A program made the translations under genes and the position numbers. Source: the human T2T-CHM13v2.0 reference genome, Homo sapiens. Taken from it: a stretch of 64,000 nt of DNA. Location: assembly GCF_009914755.1 (NCBI RefSeq), contig NC_060933.1, one strand, 5' to 3'. Of the stretch, positions 41,691 to 54,956 are shown one piece after another. The notes beneath the pieces are model-generated. The model made no database searches, was not told the DNA's origin, and saw only the letters and a program-made list of their open reading frames with translations. The first letter of the stretch is position 1, and every line of letters begins with the position of its first letter.

Positions 41691-44358
41691 TTTACAATTT
41701 TCTAAAGTCAGTACTGGTTCAGAGACATGCTGTTTTTAACATGCTCTAAATTGTAAACAATTCTCGTATGAGCAAATGCATAGTTTTCTAGTTATAAGAG
41801 ATTTGTCATTAGCAGTTCTCAGATGCAAATGAATTTGCAACAGCATCAATAACAAATTATCAATATCATTACTAATACAGCCAGGTAAAGTGGAGCAACA
41901 AAAACTGAAGGATATTATTTGTCTGAGAAATTTACCCTTTCTCAGAGACTCCACACTGCATTATTTGCTGTTAAAAAGGAAGAGAGCACATCCCTCCACA
42001 TTTAGATGTGTCACTTGCTGACATCATTTTACATAATTAATTGCCAAGACTCCTCTGTTGTAAGTCAGTTAAAGGCAAAAATTGTCTTTAGTATTGGCAT
42101 ATGGAGTATTTGTTATATTAACATTTTTCTCCATGCAGTCATCCAAAATGAGAGATATAATTATCTTTTTTTTTCCCTAAGTTTATGCCTTCATCTCCTG
42201 CACTGGGTGGTCCATCGGACTTAAGTTTAATTTGAAAATTAAATTGCTATAGAAAGGCTTTCTAGTTTCAAATTATGTTGTATAACTCAGAAAAACAGAA
42301 AAGTAAGCATTTTCACAACTATTAATATATTATAGATATTAACATCCTAATCCATTAACAAATTATACAGCAGCAGCACTAATTGATGAATTATCATTTC
42401 TAAGCTGCTACTGGAAAAGTGAATTTTTTGGTCTAATTTTTTTTTTTTTTTTTTTTTTTTTAGTGTTGCTTTTCCTTTCTTAGAGAAAACATCCAGCCTA
42501 AGAAAGCATGTGGTGAGCATTTTAAGATGACAAATGGGAGGCCAACCAGTGAAAAGAACAAAGGGTGATTTATGGTTCTTTAGTAAATAACAATAATAAA
42601 TAGCAAAAATCTTACTCATAACATCTTTTATAATTGTGAAATTCTTATAGTGTGGTATCCGTAATATTTTATCATCACATATTTGCTTTCATAAAGTATT
42701 ATTTATTCAACTTTTTTTTCTGATACTGTATGATAATGATGGTCTGAGGAGACTGCTTTTCTAAATCATATGCTAAATCATGCAAGAGATTAAACTAGTC
42801 AACCTTAATATATATTACACAGATTGTTGCATTTTAAGTCCTAAAAATTGGTGTTCCAAATATGGAGGATATGATGTGTTTCTAGGATTAGCTTTTAAGC
42901 ATCTCCACATTCTTCTAGTAATGGCCAAAGATTGTCAATTTCCTGAATTGCCATTTGTTTTTTGGTTGTTTTATCTCCCCAGTCTAGTTTTCTGCATTGC
43001 TTGCACTTGGATAGATTTAGGTTTAATTATAACATGTTAAATCTACATCTCAGATCCTGTGTGTTGGCAATGTTTTTACAGACTGGTCTACTACATTTAC
43101 TGATTTAATATATTTGCATGCTGAAGTTAAAGGGACAGTACCTCTGCCAAAGGTAAAACAAATGGAGGACCAGGCATAAGATACTTTTGCTAAAATAGCA
43201 ATATATGGTAACTTAATATGTATTATTATTATCATTAATTTTAGTGTTTCGGGAAGTAATTTTCATCTTCCTAATATTGTTTTCATGCCTTGCTTACGTT
43301 TAAATTTGAGATTTTACCCCCTCGAGTTTATGTGATAACAGAACTGTTTGTCTATGTGAGACTGGGAAAAAGTAATTGAAGGATTCTTAGAAACAATTAA
43401 GGAAGGCTTTATATATGCAATCTTTCCAAAAGTTACATTTACTAAAAAAACAAAAACAAAAACAAAAAAATGTCTGACATTTGCTCCATTTTCTTGGCCA
43501 GATTAAAACTAGAGGCTATAGTAATAGTATTTTGAAGATGATGTGAGCAACCACAATTTGGTGATTTTGATATTCTAGTTTTCAAAAAGGATATTTTATT
43601 TTGCTTGAGTGTTTTCTTTTGACAATATAAAATATACTGACAAAGTGAGAGGCTGGAGAGACTGTAGCTGCTGTCTTTTTGCAGATGAAGTGTCATACCT
43701 CTTGGCAGCCTCAAGTGCTGAAATCAGTTGCTTATTTTCCAAAGGATATTAGCTGTTGGATCAGACAACATCTGGACTCTGAAATGTGTTCAGGTTGAAA
43801 TTGGTCCTAAATGTTAAATTTAAGCGTTGACTTTGATCTTTGAGTATCACTATGCTTTTACTTTTGTCTGCATCAAATCATCTTTCTACATATAAACATT
43901 TTTACATGCTGTTGAAAGCATCACTGGATCAAGCATAGCGGGTAGACTACAATTAATAATGATTATATATGTGTAAACTAATCCTGCTATGATTTTGGTA
44001 TTCTTTTCCATAGCAGTGGTTCTCAAGACTTAGCAGTTATGATTACTTTGAGAATACGATAACCATAAAACCATGCTGTAGAAATATAAAGTAAATTACC
44101 TCTTACTATTAAATTTTCTAGCATCTCTATTATGAAATTAAAAAAAAACAGGTAAAATGAAATGTAATAATATGTTTTATTTTATATATAAAATGTTAGT
44201 ATTTTAAAATGTAACCAATCTAAAAATAATTTATGAGATGCTTTGCTTTGCATGCTTTTTATATTAATTCTTTAAAATATACTATTATTTTATAATTGCA
44301 GCAAATCACAATTCAGATACTAAATTTTTATTGGATATTCTTGATCTGAATTTAGATC

Positions 44359-44746
44359 TGATATAGTTGGGCTCTGTGTCTCCATCCAAATATGATGTCG
44401 AATTGTAATCCCCAATATTGGAGGAGGGGCCAGGTGGGAGGTGATTGAATCATGGGAGTGGACTTCCAACCCTTGCTGTTCTCATGATAGTGAGTGAGTT
44501 CTCACAAGATCTGTTTGTGTAAAAGTGTGTAGCACCTCCCCCTTTGCTCCCTCTTCCTCCTGCTCCAGCCACGTAGAATGTGCCTCCTTCTTTTTCATCT
44601 TCCACCATGACTGTAAGTTTCCTGAGGCCTCCCCTGCCATCCTTTCTGCACAGCCTGTAGAACTTTGAGCCAATTAAACAACTTTTCTTCATAAATTACC
44701 CAGTCTCAGGTAGTTCTTTAAAGCAATGTGAGAATGGACTAACACA
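44359..44746 (+). mobile_element. MSTA solo LTR
   Basis: tgatatagttggg...ggactaacaca; exact 5-bp TSD agatc. Confidence 0.92.
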
Positions 44747-44865
44747 AGATCTCATAAAATTTACAGTTGAAAAGTGTCTTCACATAATCAAGTTGTTCCA
44801 AACATACTACTAAAGGGCTTTCCAATAACTCAGTAACTTAACTGAGTCAAAAAATTATTTTCTTA

Positions 44866-45159
44866 GGCTGGGTGCGGTGGCTCACGCCTGTAATCCCAGA
44901 ACTTTGGGAGGCCGAGGCTTGCAGATCACCTGAGGTTGGGAGTTCGAGACCAGCCTAACCAACATGGAGAAACCCCCTGTCTACTAAAACTACAAAATTA
45001 GCTGGGCTTGGTGGTGCATGCCTGTAATCCCAGCTACTCAGGAGGCTGAGGCAGGAGAATCACTTGAACCCAGGAGGTGAGGTTGCAGTGAGCCGAGATC
45101 GTGCCATTGCACTCCAGCCTGGGCAACAAGAGTGAAACTCTGTCTCAAAAAAAAAAAAA
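44866..45159 (+). mobile_element. AluSp
   Basis: gaggttgggagttcgagacc...catggagaaacccc and caacaagag diagnostics; 16-bp TSD aaaaaattattttctt. Confidence 0.93.
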
Positions 45160-47661
45160 GTTAAAAAATTATTTTCTTTTATATTTACATTCATGTTGAC
45201 AAAATGGCTTCATGTTTTTTAGAATAATTGATTTATCTTTGAAGCAAAAACACATTACTTTCAAGACTACTTCTGTCCAAGTTAAGTAAATTCACTAACT
45301 CTCGTTTTGCTTACCACAGAATTCAAAGGATTATTGCATATGTTGAAAAACAACTCTAAATTTATCAATATCGAAAAAGGATTCTTCAAAGTTTTCTTGT
45401 ATGTTTTGTAATTTGAATTATGTTATCAGTTATGACTAAAAATTCATATTCATAGAAAAATGTGACAATTAGTATTATTGATTTCTATGACAAAAAGTTT
45501 CCATTTCAACATATGTTATTTTACCTTTTTAGCTAAGACACAAATAAGCTTTACTTTCTTGGAGATTCAAATTGTCTCATTCATATGCAGTGTGATATTG
45601 AAGAGGAAACATATATCACATAGCCATTTTTGGCTTTGATATTGCATTGCCTTTGTTTCAAGAAAACCTAGAATTAAAATTAACACTACAGTAAATCTCT
45701 GAAAAACTTTTCCATGATACACACAGTGATTATTAGCAAAGAATCATTAAAGATCATTAAATTCATCATCTTCAATTCTGTCAACAGTTCCATAAACTGA
45801 CAATGATTCATAGCATCTGGATGTATATAATAAATGTTTAGCAACTCTATCCATAATTGACATGGTTTGGATATTTTGTCCCCTCAAATGTTTTTTTTCT
45901 CATAATTTTCTAAAAAAATATATGACTAAAGTAATTATTTTGTTTTAACATCTTTCTGTGTAATAATGGTTTTCGTTTTGAGCAAGAAACTAAGCCATCT
46001 GATACCTTGCCAAAATTATCAGCTCAGTTGAATTTAAAATCATTGAAAATTGTTTTGTTAGACATTAAACTCTGATTTTAGGAAACAAATCTCTTTGATT
46101 TTTCTTTTGACTGTTGAGAGAACATTTCTTATATTCATTATATAATTGTTGAAGATGTCCATTACTATTTTCTACTTTACTAGCATTAATACAATTTTCA
46201 CAAAGATCGGGGTTTTTAAAATTTTGCTTTCCTGTAGCAAATTGCATTTATATTTATCCTAAAATGTGTACCTTCCTCCAGTGTCTTCTTTGTACTCTTC
46301 TAATGATTGTACTGGCTTCTGCAACTCCGCTTAATTTTTCATTAGTATCATGTCTTTGTTTCAGTTTTTACATTTTATTTTTCTCATTTTTAAACTGGAA
46401 AAATCATTTTAGCATATTATAATGAAAATAATACATATTTTATTTTAGTCACCAATTACAATTTACATAGATGTCACTGCAACTCATGTCGTCTACCTAG
46501 AATATCTAAATAAATACATTACAAGGTTATACCTGTGAAGAAAAAAAAATATGAACTGAATCATACAGTCGATACTAACTAGATCAATGGTATGTTCACA
46601 TGTACTTTTGAAAGGACCTACATATTCCAAACAAATCCTAAAATGTGATTCATTGGTTAAAATGAAACACAGTCCCATTAAAACAATAACATTTTGTTTA
46701 ATGAGAAATATTTCTCCCTGCTTCAATTTAAACTACTTACAATTAAATTAAATTAATTTTTCCCCTCAGCTACAACTATTCATACTTCAAGTACTCAATA
46801 TACATATGTGCACAGGGGGCTACTTTTATTGAAAAATGTAGCTATAGAAACATTTCACAAAATTATGCAATACATACAAGATTGAACAAATATCCCTCGG
46901 GTGGAGAATACAAATAAAGCATAGACAGACATTGCAAAGCATCTCATTATTCTTTGTTACATAAATTATTATTTATGATTTATTTTTTTCAAAAATGATT
47001 CTTTTTACAGTTCTCTAATTTTGGAATAGAATCAACCATCAATGTTTGTCAATTCAATGAATGAACAAATTGTGTTGAAATATATGTTAGATGTATATGT
47101 TTTAGAATACAGGGAAAGACTTATTTTCCTTTTAAGTATATATGTTTTGTCTCTGAGATGTCAGTGTGGTGATTTTATTAATATTTTAAAATTTTATTAT
47201 TTATTTGCTCTTAAAATAGACTGCACTTTATGTTTCCCAGAAGGGATTTTATTATTTGACTATTTTGGATGCCCAGTTTCTACATATTACATAGCCCAGA
47301 CTACACAATAATAATGCATATCTTGAGCCTCCTCACAGTTTTGACACTTTGCATTTCTGGGGTAATGTTGGGGAAGATGAAAATTAGTCCAATTTGCAAA
47401 GTTTTTTTTAATATCACCACAACATGAAAGTAAGGTTAAAAGCAATGATCAGCGTTGCTCAGAAGTAAATCTAGACTTAGGTTTATGTAAACTAAAACCT
47501 TTTTTTTTTCTAAACAAGACTCTTTCCATTAGAGAGGCAGCACACCTAGAACATGCTTTGAATAACATGTTAATAATAATAAATGTTATTTTACAGCAGA
47601 ACCTTTTCTCATGTATTGTGATACGGGATGTCAAGAGAAGAATCTAATGAATTGATAGCTT

Positions 47662-48204
47662 TGGAATTATGCCAACCTCAAAATGTGTTTTAAAACTTGC
47701 TTTTTCCTCTCTTGCTCTTGCTTTCAGCCTTGAAACACTTTAAAACTCTGCTTCTCCCTTTCCCACCAGGCACTTCTGTAAACAGTGCTTTCTTATCTAA
47801 TTATGTGCTTGCTTAGAAATTCCAAGGGCCAATTTTGAAACAAACCAGACAGAATTACCCAGCTATGGAATGCTCCCACGTAGGTGGTGTTAGGGACAGT
47901 TAGCCCACCACTACTGGGCGGAAGAAAGGATGATGCAGATGGTACCTCCAGACAGGCAATTACTCAAGATAACCATTGGAGCAAGACATGCAGACCTGTA
48001 CCCTCCTGCACCACTTCACATGTTTGCCACACCTTTCTCCTTAAACCCCTTCGCCCAGCCCAAAAAGTTGGTATGATCTGATAAAGGCATGAGGCTGGCC
48101 ATTCCCCAACTGCTGGCATTTGAATAAAGTTGCTTTCCTTTCACTACACCTTGCTTCTGATTTTTGCCACTGAGCATCCAGCAGCCAAACTTGAGCCAGA
48201 TACA
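47662..48204 (+). mobile_element. ERV solo LTR, subfamily not determined
   Basis: tg...ca block with ttaaa TATA-like site, aataaa at 48123 and LTR-like U5 end gcagccaaacttgagccagataca. Confidence 0.7.
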
Positions 48205-48674
48205 TGTTTACAAATTCAAATGTTTAGAACTAATGAACAATTTTACTTTAGAGAGGATATTATTAATATGGATCATGTGGTGTTCTTGAAAGAAATCTTG
48301 ACAAAATACCAATTATCAATACTTATATTTATTTTTTCCTCAAAACCACACAATGGCTTAAATACGTAGGGCAAAAGAAACATTTATTAGAAAGAACAAA
48401 TGTTTTTTATATTATTTTTCAAACTGAATTGCATTATAATAATCACAAGTAAAAATAAACATTTTAGCCTTAAAAAGATGGCAAAATTATTAACCCAATG
48501 TTTTATTCTTGAACATTAGAGCAATATAAACTCTAATGCTATTCCAACTCTATTTTTGACTTCTTTGTAACATGAAATGATGCCAGATAAATATATAAAA
48601 TATGATTGCAAAGTCATTGTTTTGAAGTTTAAGTCTGAAATGCATAACAACAAAACTCCAGAAAAGTCAATTGC

Positions 48675-48750
48675 ATGTATGTGTGTGTGTGGGCACGCAA
48701 GGGTGTAGGTGTGTGCATGTGTGTATGTGTGTGTCTGTTAGTGCGTGTGT
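48675..48750. repeat. Degenerate (TG)n
   Basis: Direct inspection. Confidence 0.85.
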
Positions 48751-49348
48751 TTAGACTCCTAGCACTGTAAGGGACATTTTGAGAAACAATTCAAAGAACA
48801 ACTCTTTGTCATAAACACTTTTAGCCAGTAATTAACCAGGAGGTTGTCCTCATTTCGCCAAAACCAAAAGAAACTTGAAAGCCTTTCAACACATTGCATT
48901 TTGTCAAGAGACTGAATGAAGAACCGCTTCCACAGTGTCTGCAAAAATCTGAGCAAAATTGACTAATACAAATGGAGGTAAAGAGCGGTGTTACAAAGCA
49001 AGATTATCAAAAACTTAAAAATGCTGCAATTAGTGTATCGTCGTATAAAAAGAACTAATTAGTCTGATTTGGACCAGTGTGAATCAATGTGGACCACAAA
49101 ATTAGCTCATTAGTGTTATTTATTAAATAAGCATTTTATAAGTGCCTGTTGTGGGTCTAGTACTTCATTTAACATGATTAATGTTGAGATCGACAAAAGA
49201 TACACTTTCTCTTTTGCAAGGAGTTTTCAACAATGAGCAAGGTTCCCCTTCTTTTTTCCCTCAATGAGAAGTGATGTTCACACATGTTAGCCTATGATAA
49301 TGAGCATAACCAATTGGTTATAATCCAACATAGCTGGGTTAGAGATGT

Positions 49349-49702
49349 ATTATTGACAGAACTGTGCTCCCCCAAAATTCATATGCTGAAGCCCTAAGCC
49401 CCACTGGAACTGTATTTGGAGATTAGGCCCTTAAGGAATTAATTAAGAAAAGTAAGAGACATCAGAAGTAAGAGACACCAGAGATCTCTTTTTCTGTCAC
49501 ACATGTACAGAGCAAAGGCTGTGGGAGGGCATAGACAGAAGGTGGCCATCTACAAGCCAGGAAGAAAGCTCTTGTCACACAGCAGCCCTAACAGTAACTT
49601 GATTTTGGACATCTAGCTTCCAGAATGTGAGGAAATTAATTTCTGTTGTTTAGGCCAAACCGTCTGTGGTATTTTGCTACGACAGCCCAAGCACACTAAT
49701 TT
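49349..49702 (+). mobile_element. MLT1A/B MaLR LTR
   Basis: ccccaaaattcatatgctgaagccctaa...gtctgtggtattttgctacgacagccc. Confidence 0.85.
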
Positions 49703-51447
49703 GTACTACAGCTCCTCAATAATTATCATTGCTGTGACTATGAATATTAAATCATTGAGAGTTGCTCCCTACTAGATATATGATCTGTTACTTCTTGTAT
49801 ACAATTTCCAGCAGACTCGCTGTAACCTCACCCCACTTTTCTACAATCAGAAAACCACATCTGAAAGATGAGGACAGTCTTATTGGAAAATGATGTTAAT
49901 TTGTTGAATTGTATCAATTTGACATTGAATTGTATTAATTTGTTGATAGTAACAAAAACAAATTTTAAGATACCGCAGACAGATCAAGTCAGTAATGTGC
50001 CTTCGTTACTGTGAATAAATAATCTGGTAGATAGAGAACTGGGTAAAACAAAGTGAATACAGAGAGAAATATAGCAACATATATGCTAAAGATATCCAAA
50101 CATATAAAAAAATTGGTACCAAAAAATCACATTTTAATTAAGCCTACATATTGTTTTATCATGTAATTTTAGGCAAAAGGTATCTCTTTAGTCAATGATA
50201 CACAGAGAATTATATAATGTGAAGTCAGCTTTTTAAATAAGTGTTTTGTTGTTGCATATAAAATCTCTAGTTAATGTCTCTTTCAAGGTAGCTAGAGAGA
50301 AAATCTGAACTAGACACTGAGAAAAAAAAAAGCTGTTTATATTTTAGTGTCAAGAGGAGTTTTGGCTTTATGATTTGAGTGCCAAAATTTGTGCACACAG
50401 GTAAACAATAACCAGTACAAAATTGCATTTAAAGCGCTAATTCTTCTCATTGATACATAACATTTCAGTTGTGCTGCCAGGCTAGGTTGTGGAACAATTT
50501 CACTAACTATTCCCATATAGTGGTCCTTCCACAGGAAACAATATTTAACAACACACTCTGCCTTAACAAGTCCTAGTACTCTCTGTTTAAGAAAACTGTA
50601 ATTGAGTATTATTTACCTGTTTTGCATCATGTTTTCTTGGAGCTACAACAATAATCCTGTGGCAATTTTTTGAGTCATTGGCAAAATTATTAGTACCAGG
50701 GGAACTCATGATATTTTTAGGATAAGAAAAATTGTAAAAATGCACACAGTATTGTTGTTACATTAAAAACTAAATAGTAAATACATTTTTTAATTTAATA
50801 TAATTAATATAAAATCTGTGCATTCAATATTTCTGACTAGAGAATATAAGCGCAAGCACTGATGAATAATAATATAGAAGACTCAACATAATAGACAATT
50901 ACTACAAAAAAGTTCAAAATGTTTTATTATTTTAAAATAAATAAGTGTTCTGTTTAAAACATAAGATTCTTCCTCATGGTTCATGTACTTATTTGTAATT
51001 TATAAGACATTGTGAACCTCTTTACAGAAAACTTCAAAGAAAGCAACAAAATTCAACTGAAACAAATATAAAATTAGTAATTTTGGTATCTGAAGCATTA
51101 TTTCCTTTAATGTCAAATGCATTAAAATTATATCAGGTTCCTATATGACCCCTAATCAATTTAACATTTGATTTCAAGGAACACATGTACTGAACAGGTC
51201 AAGTACTATGCATTGCGGGAACAAAGAAAAGTAAGATGCAATTTCTGCCTTCAAAGAGCTTAGCATCCAAGAGGACAATCTTGTAACAAAAAACAATTCC
51301 AATAGTGTATTGGGTTAATGGAATGATTCCATGAATAAAAAATGGGAAGAGTGCTTCTCTTGGCTATGATTCAGTTTTCCTTAAGGAAATGTTTGAATCG
51401 AACCAAATAAGTAAAAGAAGGGTCTATAGATCCAGAGGTGCCCTAGA

Positions 51448-51888
51448 TTTTTAAAAAATTTTTATTTTTTACAATTGGCAAAAAGTAGTTGTATATATTT
51501 ATGGGGTACAATATGAAGTTTTGATACATGCATACATTGTGGAATGGTCAAATTATGTTAATAGACATATCTATCACTTCATGTATTTGTCATTTTTTTA
51601 TAATGAGAACATTTAAAATTTATTCTTTTAGCAATTTTGAAATACACATTATTATTAGCTATAGTCCCTGTGCTGTGCATTAGATCATCAGAACTAATTT
51701 CCCGTGTTTAACTAAAACATGGTATCTTTTGAACAACATCTCCTCTTTCCCTTTAGCCATACCTTACCCTGCCCTGCCCCCTCAGCCTTTGGTAAACACC
51801 CTTCTACTCTCTACTTGTATAAGGTCCACTTTTTAAAATTCTACATATAAGTAAGATTATGCAGGATTTGAATTTCTGTGCCTGGCTT
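51448..51888 (-). mobile_element. L1MA5-8-like 3' end
   Basis: gtatatatttatggggtacaatatg...tttctgtgcctggctt. Confidence 0.85.
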
Positions 51889-52819
51889 GACACTGCCTCA
51901 TGCCACACTTTCACTGCACTTAGGAGTAAACTGTAAGTTAACATTTAAGATCTGATTTGAGTTGGTACTGAGTGGAAAACTGAAGTTCTGGATACACACA
52001 ATATGAACTTTTCCTTTAACAATAGAACATATTACGAAAGACATAATCATTATATTACTGGTATTATTAGTCATTTATACATTAATATATGTTTGTTTAA
52101 ACTTATACTAAGAGCAGGCAAGATTTTAAGAAAGTAATACTAAAAAATATATCTTGTAAATAATAAATTGCTTTGAACTTCCAAGTGGAATATAGAAATT
52201 TGCAAAAAGAATGCCTGAGGAGTTTTACAGGTTGCTTAAGTAATTTACCTTATTTAAACCTGGGTAATCTTAGAGTAGAAGCCAAGGTCTACATTATAAG
52301 GAAGCCCAGTTTCTCTCTGACAACTCAGAACTATTACTACAAAGCACTATTTTATTTTGAAACACTTGCAAAAAAGACATGAATAGAATGGCAACAAGTA
52401 ATTCATTGTATTATACACTGAATAATAAGTAGGGATGTGGCTTATAACACACAAATGTAAGCTCTGGTGAGTAGTGGCCCTTTCCTATGCAATTTTTTAA
52501 AATAAGTAAAATATGACTTTCCATGTTCTAGCCTCTTTATTCTGTACTGTTTTGGTACTTTGCTGCACTCTTTTATGATCCACTAGTAAAAACATAAACT
52601 TTAGATTTTGATAGCCTCATTTTATGGTCTGTAAACTTGTTATAAGCACCTCACAAAACTGGTGGGAAAATTCAACACCTAAAACAATTCCAGACAATCA
52701 CTCAAAATGGTAAGTTTCCTTTCTTTCCTATTATCACCCTTCAACCTTCTTAGAAGCCCAGAAGCCTAATGATATCTTGTTCCTCTTCACTTACATTCGT
52801 GTAAAACTCACTTCAAAAT

Positions 52820-53020
52820 AGAATAGGTAATAGGGATGGGCAACAGGGAATTATTGTTTAATGAGTACAGAGTTTCTGTTTTATCAGATGAAAGCAGTTA
52901 CGGAGGTGGATGATGGTGATGGCGGCATGACATTATGAATACATTTAATGCCACTGAATTGTATATTTACAAATGGTTAAGATGTTACATGTATTTTATC
53001 ATAAGAAAAAAATTGGAAAA
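52820..53020 (+). mobile_element. L1MB 3' end
   Basis: ttattgtttaatgagtacagagtttctgtt...tttaatgccactgaattgtat...aaatggttaa. Confidence 0.82.
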
Positions 53021-53998
53021 GCCCTCATTCATACTATGGTGTAAGTGACTAAATTACACTTTCAACTATTATGAAATAAGATGAAGATTTTGTTTCAGCA
53101 AAACTCTTATCTTGCCACACTAAATATGTAGCAGCTGAATGGGAATTTCTAACATTGGTGTACTGATAGTGTAGGGTGAAGTGAAAAGAAGCCGAGTAGA
53201 TGCCTTGATCTGTTTGTAACATACATGCAATGTGCTTCTCAATATTTAGATCTCGTTCAAGGAAATTTGGATGCTATTCTTAACAACAAAGAGTTGCCTG
53301 TACACTAAGATCTAGGCTCATTTTGGAAAGTGATCTCTCATTTCCCTTGCTTAAGTTAGTGCCAAGTGATTCATCAGTGCCCTATTCTGCACTGTATACT
53401 TCCCTTTCAATTGAGGTCATTTTCTCTTACACCTCTGTCTTTTCTGACTTCTCTGATATTTGTTTATTTCTATCTATATGTGGTCATCAGCAGGTAACGC
53501 AGACCCTAAAAACACTAAGTTTTTATAAGGAAACTACCAAATGCAACCTAAAATATTCACAACTTCCTTTTATTCTTGTGTCCACTTGCAAGTAATACAC
53601 ATGTAGACACACATTCATACATGCACACATATGTACACACACACACGAGTTATTTTAGCTTCAAAGCTTTGCCATCTGGCTCATATTTAACAATTTGGTA
53701 AACCTCTTATTCAATCTTATTACATCTGGTGTCAATATTTCCAAAATAGTTGTGTTTGTCTTGAGAAATTGTAGAACAAGGTAACAAAACAAGGACTTTC
53801 ACTGGAGGTTAGATTTAATCACTCTTTAGCTGCTTTATAAAAAGTACTATTCAGGCTTCAAGCCCCTGCCTCAAGAATTTACAGAATTTCAAAATTATAT
53901 AAATTTTCATTATACAAATTATTCTAACATTAGTAAGCCAATATGATATAGGCAAACCTATTACTATTTTATTAAAATTAAAGTGGTTAAAAACATGA

Positions 53999-54722
<724 letters not shown>

Positions 54723-54765
54723 ACAGTGAATACTTTAAAACATTTTGAGGGTTCATCATTTATAT

Positions 54766-54956
54766 CAAGCTTGTCCAACCACGGCCTGCAGGTCACATGT
54801 GTCTCAAGATGGCTTTGAATGTGGCCCAACACAAATTTGTGAACTTTTTTAAAACATTATGAGATTATATTGTGATATATTTTTTTCCCATCAGCTATTG
54901 TTAGTGGTAGTGTATTTTATGTGTGGCCCGGGGAAGCCAAAGATTGGACACCCCTG
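54766..54956 (-). mobile_element. MER30 (hAT-Charlie)
   Basis: caagcttgtccaa...ttggacacccctg TIRs; 8-bp TSD atttatat/attcatat. Confidence 0.9.

Larger units (their letters stand above)
44070..46841 (-). mobile_element. Charlie5-like hAT transposon (MER33/MER3-type ends) with decayed transposase, interrupted by MSTA and Alu
   Basis: MER33-like left end and MER3-like right end; minus-strand translations YIHPDAMNHCQFMELL and KWLCDICFLFNITLHMNE. Confidence 0.82.
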
